This document shows, in pieces, positions 50,009-59,138 of a DNA stretch of 64,000 nt; positions within the stretch are counted from its first letter, which is position 1, and every line of letters starts with the position of its first letter. This DNA is from Candidatus Falkowbacteria bacterium GW2011_GWF2_43_32 (lineage in GTDB: Bacteria; Patescibacteriota; Patescibacteriia; Patescibacteriales; UBA12465). The notes beneath the pieces were generated by a model, which saw nothing but the letters and a program-made list of their open reading frames with translations, had not been told where the DNA came from and searched no databases. Location of the stretch: contig LCGL01000001.1 in NCBI GenBank assembly GCA_000999715.1, positions 3,139 to 67,138 on the forward strand, given 5' to 3'. The translations under genes were made by a program, and so were the position numbers.

Positions 50009-51136
50009 TTATTCGATAATTTTTTTGATCAAGCCGGCGATAGTTTCGGTCGCACCCCGCTTAATTATTTTTCCGATATTCCGGCTCAAATTTTCTTTCA
50101 AAACGGAATCATGCAACACTCTTTCAATCTCCGCCGTCAATTTTTCCGGCGTCAAATCTCTTTGTTCCAAAATCACGGCCGCTTCGGCTTTGGCCAATAC
50201 CGCCGCATTGTCTTCTTGGTGACTGTTCGGCATCGGAATCAGAATGACCGGCTTATTCAAGGCCGACAATTCCGTCAAAATGCCCAAACCGGCGCGAGAA
50301 ACGACCAAATCGGCCAGAGCCAACAAAGATAAAAATTCTTCATGATCCAAAAATTCAAAAGCTTGATAAGCGCGCATTTCTGTCGGCGTCATGGTCGGAA
50401 TCGCTTTGCCGGCGCCGGTAATATGGATTATTTGACCAAGGACGCTCAGTTTGCCGATAGCCGGAGAAATTAATTTGTTGATCGCCGTCGCACCGGTGGC
50501 GCCGCCGATAATCACTATCAAGGGACAATTGCCGTCCAGACCATATTTGGCTTTTATCGCTTCGCTTCGGACACGATTTTTATCAATCTCCGAAAAAGGA
50601 TTGCCGGTCAAAACCGCCCGCGAACCGTAATCCGACAAAGACTTTTCAAAAGTAACGCTAATCACTCGCGCAAAGGGGGCCATCAATTTATTCGCCAACC
50701 CCGGTCGAACATCCTGTTGATGGATTAAAATCGGAATTTTCCGACCGGCGGCTGCCCAAACCAGAGGCGCACTCACAAAACTGCCGGCAGAAATCACGAT
50801 AGCCGGCCGGTATTGTTTTAAAATTCTCCCGGATCGCAAAAAAGCGGCCATAATTCTAAAAATATCTCCCAGGTTGGCTAAAGAAAAATAACGACGCAAT
50901 TTTCCGCTCGGCAAGGAAATAAATTCCAATTGTCCACCGGTCGCCCCGATGGCCGCGTTAAAGTGATTTATCATCTCCCGTTCCGGACCCGACGCCGTGC
51001 CGACAAAAACCAAACGATAAGCGGTTTTATCGGCGGTACCGATCAGTTTTTCCGCCACGGCCAAAAGCGGCGTCACCGAACCGCCCGTCCCGCCGCCGGA
51101 AAACATAATTGTTTTTTCAATCTTAAAATTATCCAT
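50009..51136 (-). CDS. murG: Lipid II GlcNAc transferase
   Basis: GGGTGG, PGLANK, GNP, SRAG, HQEDNA. Confidence 0.92.
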   Translation of the reverse strand: MDNFKIEKTIMFSGGGTGGSVTPLLAVAEKLIGTADKTAYRLVFVGTASGPEREMINHFNAAIGATGGQLEFISLPSGKLRRYFSLANLGDIFRIMAAFLRSGRILKQYRPAIVISAGSFVSAPLVWAAAGRKIPILIHQQDVRPGLANKLMAPFARVISVTFEKSLSDYGSRAVLTGNPFSEIDKNRVRSEAIKAKYGLDGNCPLIVIIGGATGATAINKLISPAIGKLSVLGQIIHITGAGKAIPTMTPTEMRAYQAFEFLDHEEFLSLLALADLVVSRAGLGILTELSALNKPVILIPMPNSHQEDNAAVLAKAEAAVILEQRDLTPEKLTAEIERVLHDSVLKENLSRNIGKIIKRGATETIAGLIKKIIE

Positions 51137-51151
51137 TTTATTCGTTTTAAA

Positions 51152-52324
51152 TCACCGTTTCAAGCCGGCGCGCCCGCTTCTGGCCGGCCGCCGCGTCTGT
51201 TTACTGATATTAAGTAAAATCCCCATCGCCAGCAAGGAAGATAAAATCGCCGAACCGCCCTTGGAAACAAAGGGCAAAGGCACGCCGGTCATGGGAATCA
51301 GATTTATCATCCCGCCGATGTTCAAAAAAGTCTGCACGGCCAGCCAAACGACGATGCCGATGGCCAAAGTACTGCCATAAATATCCGGCGCGGCGCGGGC
51401 AATCAATAAGCCGCGATAAAAAATGAACAGGTAAAGCAAGATGAACAGCGTGCTGAAAAAAAATCCGGTTTCTTCGGCCACGATGGAAAAAATGGAGTCC
51501 CCCCACACCTCGGGCAGATATAGAAATTTTTGCCGGCTCGCGCCCAAGCCCCGACCGAAAAATCCTCCGGAACCGACCGCAATCAACGACTGATTGATCT
51601 GATAACATTTATCCTGAGCGCTATAACCGGGATCTTTCAAACATTTAAAACGATCGCTTTGATAAGATTGCTCCGAACCGATGACGATATACAAAATCAA
51701 AATGGCCGACAAAACAATCACGGCGATATGCGTCACTTTTCCGCCGCCGGCAAAGAATACCACAAAAGCGGTAAAAGCGATAATGAATAAAGTGCCCAAA
51801 TCCGGTTGGGCGATCATCAAGAGGCTAATCACTCCCAAAATCATCAAAAAAGGAATGATGCCGCCGCTCCAACTGTTCAATTGACCCTTTTTCGCCTCCA
51901 ACCAAGTGGCCAGATAAATCAGAAAAGATATTTTCACCAGTTCCGCGGGCTGAAAAGAATAACCGAAAATATTTATCCAACTGCGTGCCGAGCCGTAACC
52001 GGCGCTCAATCCGGGAATAAACACCAATAACAGCAAGACGACGGAAAAAAATAAAAAAAAACCGGCAAATTTTTTCCACCAATGATAATCAACGCGCATC
52101 GCCGCAAAAAAGAAAACCAAACCGATCGCCAAACTGAACAGCTGACCGACCAAATAATGATAGGTGTTGCCGCGACTGGCATAGGAAACGACCGAAGAGG
52201 CGCTGAAAAGCATGATTAAACCGAAAACGATCAAAACGGCCAAAGCCGCCAGCAAACTCTTGTCCGCCTCATGTCCGCCGTTCGGCGTCGCAGAAAATTT
52301 TTTAGACAAACGAGCAAACATCAT
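51152..52324 (-). CDS. ftsW: SEDS protein FtsW
   Basis: FQPAELVK, QPDLGT, PMTGVPLPFVS.GGS; between mraY and murG. Confidence 0.9.
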   Translation of the reverse strand: MMFARLSKKFSATPNGGHEADKSLLAALAVLIVFGLIMLFSASSVVSYASRGNTYHYLVGQLFSLAIGLVFFFAAMRVDYHWWKKFAGFFLFFSVVLLLLVFIPGLSAGYGSARSWINIFGYSFQPAELVKISFLIYLATWLEAKKGQLNSWSGGIIPFLMILGVISLLMIAQPDLGTLFIIAFTAFVVFFAGGGKVTHIAVIVLSAILILYIVIGSEQSYQSDRFKCLKDPGYSAQDKCYQINQSLIAVGSGGFFGRGLGASRQKFLYLPEVWGDSIFSIVAEETGFFFSTLFILLYLFIFYRGLLIARAAPDIYGSTLAIGIVVWLAVQTFLNIGGMINLIPMTGVPLPFVSKGGSAILSSLLAMGILLNISKQTRRPARSGRAGLKR

Positions 52325-52329
52325 GACGA

Positions 52330-53379
52330 TTAAAACTTTTTATCCAATAAAAATACCATCAAACCGACGGCGGCACCGATAGCCGCAATTACCCAAAACC
52401 GCATCACCACTTTGGCCTCCGGCCAACCGATGGCCTGAAAATGATGATGGATGGGCGACGATAAAAATACTTTCTTGCCGCGAAATTTTTTGGACAGAAC
52501 CTGAATGATGACCGATTTTGACTCCAAAAGAAAAATCAAACCGATAAAAATCAACAATAAAGAATTATTGGTCAACATGGCGATAATGCCCAAAGTCACC
52601 CCCAAACTCATTGCCCCGGTGTCTCCCATGTAAAAACGGGCGGGCGGAATATTAAACCACAAGAAAGCCAACAGCGCACCGATAATCACACCGCAAAAAG
52701 TGGCCAATTCATAGCGTCCCAAAGCGAAGGCGATGACGCCGTAAGCGGTAAAAGCGATCAACAAGGTGCCACCCGCCAAACCGTCCAAACCGTCGGTTTC
52801 GTTGACGGAAAAGGAGGTGGCCACGATGATAAAAATAAAAATCGGAATATACCAGGCGCCAATTTCAAAATTGCCGAAAAAAGGCACATGAAATACCGTC
52901 CAATCCAGTTTAAAATAAAACCACAACGCGCCGACAATGGCAATCAGAGTATAAATAAATAAGCGATGACGCAATTTCAAACCGCCGCCGCCCAAAACTC
53001 CTCGGCCGCGAACGTCCAGCCAATCGTCAAACAAACCGATTAAAGCCGAAATAACCAAGGCTCCCAACGGCAATAAAGTTTCCGCCCGCGACAGAAAATT
53101 CAAATAAGAAAAAATGTCGGCGACAAACAATCTGTCCAATAAGGCAAACAATAAAATAAAAATCAACACCGTTCCCCAAATCAACACCCCGCCCATCGTC
53201 GGCGTCCCTTCTTTGTGAGCGTGCAAACCGGTAAAAATCGGCGTCTCGCCGTTCGCCCGCACTTTTTTGCCCAGTTTGTATTTGTATAAATAGCGCGTCA
53301 AAAGAGGTGTGACTAACATGGCAAAAATAAAAGCCAGCGTGGAAAAAAACAAAATTTTAATGACATAAGCTTCCAGCAT
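52330..53379 (-). CDS. mraY: Phospho-N-acetylmuramoyl-pentapeptide transferase
   Basis: KEGTPTMGG, NETDGLDGLA, YMGDTG, PIHHHF. Confidence 0.95.
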   Translation of the reverse strand: MLEAYVIKILFFSTLAFIFAMLVTPLLTRYLYKYKLGKKVRANGETPIFTGLHAHKEGTPTMGGVLIWGTVLIFILLFALLDRLFVADIFSYLNFLSRAETLLPLGALVISALIGLFDDWLDVRGRGVLGGGGLKLRHRLFIYTLIAIVGALWFYFKLDWTVFHVPFFGNFEIGAWYIPIFIFIIVATSFSVNETDGLDGLAGGTLLIAFTAYGVIAFALGRYELATFCGVIIGALLAFLWFNIPPARFYMGDTGAMSLGVTLGIIAMLTNNSLLLIFIGLIFLLESKSVIIQVLSKKFRGKKVFLSSPIHHHFQAIGWPEAKVVMRFWVIAAIGAAVGLMVFLLDKKF

Positions 53380-53385
53380 AAATTC

Positions 53386-53799
53386 TTAACGAAAATTAAC
53401 TAAATAAATAAACATCATCGCCAAACCGAGAAACACCGCAAAAACCGTGGCGGCCACCGACAAAAGATGAGTAAAGGTGAAAAAATTTTTATGACGACTC
53501 AAGCCGGCGGCCACGCTTAAATTTAATATCAAAATCGCCAGTCCGAAAAGCGGATAATAAAAAATGTGCGACGGATCTCCGGCCAAATCGATTCCGTAAT
53601 CCACATTATAATGCTGAACCAACAACTTGCCGGTCAGGTGGCGATATATATAAACGGCCGCCCACCAAGCGCCCAACTGCAATAAACCGTTAATTATCAG
53701 ATAGACACGGCTGGGACGAAAACGCCAAACGGCCAGCAAGGCCGTGCCGACTCGCCGTCGCCAGTCATGAAAACGGGCATAAAAATCGGAATAAACCAT
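53386..53799 (-). CDS. Small membrane protein (hypothetical)
   Basis: Three TM helices with HYNVDYGID motif; start placed at MVYSDF to avoid overlap with the divergent gene. Confidence 0.6.
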   Translation of the reverse strand: MVYSDFYARFHDWRRRVGTALLAVWRFRPSRVYLIINGLLQLGAWWAAVYIYRHLTGKLLVQHYNVDYGIDLAGDPSHIFYYPLFGLAILILNLSVAAGLSRHKNFFTFTHLLSVAATVFAVFLGLAMMFIYLVNFR

Positions 53800-53886
53800 A
53801 AAATAAGAAAAATAATCAAATAATTGACCTGATTTAAGTTTATCACATTTTAAAATAATACAAAACCGTGTTATAATAAAGCCATT

Positions 53887-54894
53887 ATGAGCAAAAAAAT
53901 CATTACCAATCTTCTCCGCTACGCCACCCGGGAAGGGGCGCATAATTTGACGATTACCAGCCGGCCGCACCAGATCTCTTTTGATTATCTGCCGGCGGAC
54001 GGTGTCCGACGAGAGTTTAGTTTACCGAAAAAATTGGAACAAAACTTCATCGGCAATCTGCGACAAATTCTGGCTGTCGCGCCGCAGGAATTAATTGTCA
54101 AAAAATATTGCCGACTAAACGACCAGCAGGGTCGCCTGGCTTTTTATCTGACCATTCTGCCGGACGGACAAGGAGAAAAAATCATCATCAATATCAACAA
54201 TCGGGAAAACGACATTTGGCGGCTCAATCAGTTGGGACTGCAAACGTCGGACAGGCACGCCCTGCAAAAAGCTATCCACGGCCGTTCCGGCCTGATTATC
54301 ATCAGTTCTCCGCCGGACGGCGGCAAAAGCACCACTCTCCGTGCCCTGCTGACGGAACTGAACGATCCGCGACTGAATATTTATTTCCTGTCGGAAAATC
54401 TGCCGATTGAATTGCCCGGCATCAACCTATTGGCCAACCGACCGGCGAACTGGGACAAAATAATCCGCCATGACTGCGAAATAATCGCCGTTGACGATTT
54501 GGATGAAGCCGGAAGCTTGGAAAAAGCTCTCCGGGCGGCCGCCTCCGGACGTTTAGTTCTAGGCACCATGACCGGTGACGATTCCTTTGAAATCTTGAAT
54601 AAATTGCTGGCAGTCAACCTGCCCTTGAAATTAAAACTGGACGGACTTAAAATGATTGTCAGCCAACGTTTAGCCGATTTGAAGCGAAGCGGAACGAAAA
54701 AAAATCAACGGCAAAAAATCGCTTTGTTTGAAATTCTTTCCCTGAATGCGGACCTAAAAAAATTCCTGTCGGAAACAAATTCGGATGAAACCCGCGAGTT
54801 TGCCGCCGCATTGGAAAAAATAGCGCTGACCAGCGGTTTTCGCCCCTGGACAACGGACCGGCGACAAAAAATCAAAGACGGCTTGCTTGTTTAA
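53887..54894 (+). CDS. Degenerate GspE/PilB-family secretion/pilus ATPase
   Basis: SPPDGGKSTTLRALL Walker A-like, ALRAAASGRLVLGT, IVSQRL, IALFEIL. Confidence 0.7.
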   Translation: MSKKIITNLLRYATREGAHNLTITSRPHQISFDYLPADGVRREFSLPKKLEQNFIGNLRQILAVAPQELIVKKYCRLNDQQGRLAFYLTILPDGQGEKIIININNRENDIWRLNQLGLQTSDRHALQKAIHGRSGLIIISSPPDGGKSTTLRALLTELNDPRLNIYFLSENLPIELPGINLLANRPANWDKIIRHDCEIIAVDDLDEAGSLEKALRAAASGRLVLGTMTGDDSFEILNKLLAVNLPLKLKLDGLKMIVSQRLADLKRSGTKKNQRQKIALFEILSLNADLKKFLSETNSDETREFAAALEKIALTSGFRPWTTDRRQKIKDGLLV

Positions 54895-54909
54895 AAGATT
54901 CACGGTCAT

Positions 54910-55572
54910 ATGGCAAAAATCATTTGTATCATCCCGGCCTGGAACGAAGCCGGCAATATCGCCAAAGTCATCAACGGCGCTCGCTCGCAAGTTGACGAAG
55001 TCGTGGTCGTCGATGACGGTTCCACCGACGACACTTATCGCGTCGCGGCGGCTACAGGCGTGACGGTTTTGCGTCACCCCATCAATCGCGGTCAAGGCGC
55101 CGCTCTGCAAACCGGCAACGACTACGCCTTAAAAAACGGCGCGGACATCATCATTCATTTTGACGGCGACGATCAATTTTTGGCCGCGGAAATAAAAGAT
55201 CTGGCCGCTCCCCTCTTGGACAATCGAGCCGATATTGTTTTCGGTTCCCGTTTTCTGGGAAAAAAAAGCAATTTGCCTTTCGGAAAAAAATATTTTATCA
55301 TGCCTCTGGCCAAAATATTCATGCGCTTGTTGGGCATTAAGCTCAGCGATCCGCAAAACGGTTTCCGGGCTTTAAACCGATTGGCCGCGCAAAAAATCGT
55401 CATCGCCAATCGGGAGATGGCGCACAGCAGTGAAATTCAAGCGAAAGCTTTTCAATACAAACTAAGGGTCGCGGAGGTGCCGGTCACCGTAATTTATCAT
55501 CATTTCGGACAAAAATTTTCCGGCGGACTGAAAGTCATCAACGATTTGTTAATCCATAAAATAATCAAATAA
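54910..55572 (+). CDS. Glycosyltransferase family 2 (polyprenol-phosphate/DPM1-like)
   Basis: IIPAWNE, VDDGSTD, NRGQGAAL, FDGDDQ, GSRF. Confidence 0.9.
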   Translation: MAKIICIIPAWNEAGNIAKVINGARSQVDEVVVVDDGSTDDTYRVAAATGVTVLRHPINRGQGAALQTGNDYALKNGADIIIHFDGDDQFLAAEIKDLAAPLLDNRADIVFGSRFLGKKSNLPFGKKYFIMPLAKIFMRLLGIKLSDPQNGFRALNRLAAQKIVIANREMAHSSEIQAKAFQYKLRVAEVPVTVIYHHFGQKFSGGLKVINDLLIHKIIK

Positions 55573-55576
55573 TCTT

Positions 55577-55903
55577 ATGTTCCAGCAAATTATCGCTCTG
55601 GCCATCATCTTTTTTTTCGTTCTGCGTTTATTGAGCCAGAAGAAAAAAAACCAGCTTAGCACCAACGAATTCGCTTTATGGCTGACTTTCTGGTTGCTCG
55701 CGGCGACGGCAATAATTTTTATCAGACAAATCGACCGCTTGGTGGCCTGGCTCGGTTTTTCCGGCACCGGCATCAATTTCCTGATTTATCTGGCTGTCTT
55801 GGTTTTGTTCTATTTGGTTTTCCGCTTACGTTTGACTTTCGCCAAAATGGATCGTCATTTGACGGACATCGCCCGCCAAATCACTTTAAACGACAAAAAA
55901 TAA
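55577..55903 (+). CDS. DUF2304-like small membrane protein
   Basis: Three TM helices and C-terminal LTDIARQI; typical partner of DPM-like GT2. Confidence 0.7.
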   Translation: MFQQIIALAIIFFFVLRLLSQKKKNQLSTNEFALWLTFWLLAATAIIFIRQIDRLVAWLGFSGTGINFLIYLAVLVLFYLVFRLRLTFAKMDRHLTDIARQITLNDKK

Positions 55904-55906
55904 CTT

Positions 55907-57049
55907 ATGAAAATCGCCCAAGTCGTCTGCGCCTTTCCGCCTTATGCCGGCGGCATCGGTAACAGCGCTTTTGAAATCGGCAAAATTTTGGCGACGCGGC
56001 ATCAGGTCGTTAATTTCACGCCGCACAATCTCAAACCGTGGTTCAAATATGGCCACGGCGCTTTTTTACCGCAATTACTCGGCAAATTGCGAAACTTCGA
56101 TTACATTTATTTGCATTATCCTTTTTTCGGTACGGCGGAAATCGTCTGGCTCTTAAAATTATTCTGCCGTCGGCCCAAGCTGATCATTCATTATCATATG
56201 GATGTCAAAAATTCCGATTGGTTGGCCAAACTTTTAAGTCTGCCCGATTGGTTCATCCGCCGTTCCCTGTTTCGCCAGGCGGACGCGATTGTCGGCGCCA
56301 GCCTGGACTACATCGCTCAAAGCAAAATAAAAAAATACTATCGTCGCCATCCGGAAAAATTCCGTGAAATTCCTTTCGGCGTTGATTTGAAAAAATTTCG
56401 GCCTAAACTGATCAACCGTCCGACCGACGGCTCCATTGTCGCTCGCGCTCAAGAAATCGTCCATTACATCAACGATAAGTTCATCAAAAAAGATCGCCTG
56501 GATTTGTTGTTCGTCGGCGGTTTGGACGCGGCCCACTATTTTAAAGGCTTGGACATTTTATTGAAAGCGTTGGCGGAGATGACGACCCGCCCCTGGCGAC
56601 TGACAGTCATCGGCAGTGGCGACCGGCAAAAAAATTACGAATCTTTGGCCCGCCGCTTGAATCTGAATAAACGCATAGATTTTCGCGGCAAACTGGCAGA
56701 GACCGATTTGATTCGCGCCTATCAAAACGCCGATTTGCTGATTTTACCGTCAATCAACAGCAACGAGGCTTTCGGTTTGGTATTGATTGAAGCCCTGGCC
56801 TGCGGCGTGCCGGTGATCGCTTCCGATTTGCCGGGCGTGCGGCGCGTTTTTGACAGTCATAAACAAGGGCTGTTGATCGCACCGGGAAACGCGGCGGATT
56901 TAAAAAAGAAATTGGAATTCATTTTTAACAATGAAGAAATGCGTCGCGTCATGTCGTTGGCGGCGCGTCGACTGGCGGAAGAAAAATATGATTTGAAAAT
57001 GATGGAAGAAAAATTAATGGCCTTATATGAAAATCGGTCTCATACATAA
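55907..57049 (+). CDS. Glycosyltransferase family 4
   Basis: KGLDILL, EAFGLVLIEALACGVPVIAS. Confidence 0.92.
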   Translation: MKIAQVVCAFPPYAGGIGNSAFEIGKILATRHQVVNFTPHNLKPWFKYGHGAFLPQLLGKLRNFDYIYLHYPFFGTAEIVWLLKLFCRRPKLIIHYHMDVKNSDWLAKLLSLPDWFIRRSLFRQADAIVGASLDYIAQSKIKKYYRRHPEKFREIPFGVDLKKFRPKLINRPTDGSIVARAQEIVHYINDKFIKKDRLDLLFVGGLDAAHYFKGLDILLKALAEMTTRPWRLTVIGSGDRQKNYESLARRLNLNKRIDFRGKLAETDLIRAYQNADLLILPSINSNEAFGLVLIEALACGVPVIASDLPGVRRVFDSHKQGLLIAPGNAADLKKKLEFIFNNEEMRRVMSLAARRLAEEKYDLKMMEEKLMALYENRSHT

Positions 57050-58088
57050 TTTATACGGACAATTCAGCCGCGGCGGCGCCGAAACCGTCGTGGAAATGAT
57101 GTTAAACGAACTCCGGCAAAGCGGCCATGAAGTTTTTTTAATCAGCACGCGTCCGCTTGATCGCCCCCGGGACAAAAATCAAAATTCGACGACGCAAGCT
57201 TTTAAAATTTATGACCGACCTTCCCGATTTTACCGGCTGGCCGAAATGCCCAAATGGCGACGCTTGCTTTGGCACGGCGGTCAACTGTTTTTTCCGACGA
57301 AGCGACAAATCCGGAAAATTCTGCTGACAGAAAAACCGGATCTGATAATCACGCACAACTTGTCGGGCCTGGGATTCCGTCTGCCAATCATGCTGAGAAA
57401 ATTAAAAATTCGTCATGAACATTTCCTTCACGACATCCAACTGCTTCACCCCTCCGGCTTACTGCTTTGGGGACAAGAAAAAAAACTTGAGACCCGATCG
57501 GCCAAAATATATCAAGCGCTCACTCGCGCCTATTTTGCTTCACCGGCAAAAATAATTTCTCCGTCTCGCTGGCTGTTGGAAACGCACCGACAACGCGGTT
57601 TCTTCAAAAATTCGGCTACCGAGATTCGACCTTTCCGCTGGCCGCAGTCCGCGGAACAACGTCAAATCACGGACAAAACCGCCAAACATTTTCTGTTTGT
57701 CGGCCAAATTGAAGAACAAAAAGGCGTCTTCCTGCTGATTAAGGCGTTTCGAAAATTGACCGATCCCGACGTCAGCCTGACTTTTGCCATTCGGAACGGC
57801 GGCCAAAAAATAACGGCGGCCCAAAAAGCCGCCGCCGGCGACACCAGAATCAAATTTCTGGGACCGCTCAGTTATGAAGAAACCAAAAAAATCATGTTAA
57901 CCGGCGATTGTCTGGTCGTGCCTTCCTTATGTTATGAAAATTCACCCACGGTCATTTACGGCGCTCAGTCCGTCAATTTGCCGGTTCTCGCCGCCGCCAT
58001 CGGCGGCATTCCGGAAATAATCGGACCGCGCGATCGTTTGTTCCGACCGGGAGACGAAAGCGATTTGTTAAAAAAACTGGCCGCCTAG
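57027..58088 (+). CDS. Glycosyltransferase family 4
   Basis: GGAETVV, QKGVFLL, VVPSLCYENSP, GGIPE. Confidence 0.88.
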   Translation: MKIGLIHNLYGQFSRGGAETVVEMMLNELRQSGHEVFLISTRPLDRPRDKNQNSTTQAFKIYDRPSRFYRLAEMPKWRRLLWHGGQLFFPTKRQIRKILLTEKPDLIITHNLSGLGFRLPIMLRKLKIRHEHFLHDIQLLHPSGLLLWGQEKKLETRSAKIYQALTRAYFASPAKIISPSRWLLETHRQRGFFKNSATEIRPFRWPQSAEQRQITDKTAKHFLFVGQIEEQKGVFLLIKAFRKLTDPDVSLTFAIRNGGQKITAAQKAAAGDTRIKFLGPLSYEETKKIMLTGDCLVVPSLCYENSPTVIYGAQSVNLPVLAAAIGGIPEIIGPRDRLFRPGDESDLLKKLAA

Positions 58089-58097
58089 GCCAGTTTT
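58073..58097. terminator. Bidirectional terminator between convergent operons
   Basis: AAAACTGGCC-gccta-GGCCAGTTTT. Confidence 0.65.
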
Positions 58098-58102
58098 CTT
58101 TA

Positions 58103-59125
58103 TTATCCGCCCAAGCCTTGCAATCTTTTATGCGCCTCGATATCGAAAATGGTTTTTTTCAAGCCGTTTTCCAAAGTGACCACCGGCATCCAACCCAATT
58201 CATTTTTGGCCAAACGAATATCCGGCAAAACCAACTCCGAAAAGAATAGTTTGCCGTCGGCATAAGTGATTGAGGATTGCGAGCCGGTTTCTTTAATGAT
58301 AATCTTGACCAAATCGGTCAAATTGACGTCCACATCGGAACCGATATTGATCGGTCCGGCCAAATCGGAATTCATAAATTTAAAAATGGCATCCAAGGCG
58401 TCGCTGATATAACAAAAAGAAGAAGAAAAATCGGTGTCGCCGGCAATCGTAATATCTTTGTTGTCCAAAGCGGCAGTAATATAATCGGGAATCATTTGGT
58501 CATCGTTGGCTTCCAAGCGCGGACCGTAAATGCGAAATAAACGAATGATTCGAGCATCGATGTTATGAATGGCGCGATAATTGGACACCATCGTTTCGGC
58601 AAAACGCTTCCCTTCGTCATAAGCACTGCGCTCGGATAATTGATCCACAAACCCCAAATCGCTTTCCTTGGCTTGCTTGCCGCGAGCTTCGCTCTGGCGC
58701 GGCCCGTAAACCACCGAAGAAGAAAATTGCAACAATTTGGAATTATATTTGACGGCCAAATCCAAAAGATTTTTAACCGCATACGAATTGGCCAAAAGGG
58801 TCGCCAAACGATTCTCCAAAAAATTCCGCGGCGACATCGGACAGGCGAGATTATAAATCTCTTGCAAGCCCTGAAATTCAATCTTAAATTTTTTCAAACC
58901 GGCCTGCGCTTCCAAATCCAGCGGTTGCGACAAGTCGTGATTGATAAAAACGAAATTCGGATTGGCCAGAAGATGATCAATATTGCGCTCACTGCCGGTC
59001 ACAAAGTTGTCTACGCAAATTACTTTATCGGTTTTAACCAATTCGTCGCAAAGATGCGAACCGATAAACCCGGCGCCGCCGGCGACCAGAACATTCTTTT
59101 TGTCGAAAATAACTTGTTTGGACAT
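58103..59125 (-). CDS. NAD-dependent epimerase/dehydratase, UDP-glucuronate decarboxylase-like
   Basis: GGAGFIGSHL, LACPMSP, YDEGKR, GPINIG. Confidence 0.85.
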   Translation of the reverse strand: MSKQVIFDKKNVLVAGGAGFIGSHLCDELVKTDKVICVDNFVTGSERNIDHLLANPNFVFINHDLSQPLDLEAQAGLKKFKIEFQGLQEIYNLACPMSPRNFLENRLATLLANSYAVKNLLDLAVKYNSKLLQFSSSVVYGPRQSEARGKQAKESDLGFVDQLSERSAYDEGKRFAETMVSNYRAIHNIDARIIRLFRIYGPRLEANDDQMIPDYITAALDNKDITIAGDTDFSSSFCYISDALDAIFKFMNSDLAGPINIGSDVDVNLTDLVKIIIKETGSQSSITYADGKLFFSELVLPDIRLAKNELGWMPVVTLENGLKKTIFDIEAHKRLQGLGG

Positions 59126-59138
59126 ATAAAAACTGCTA

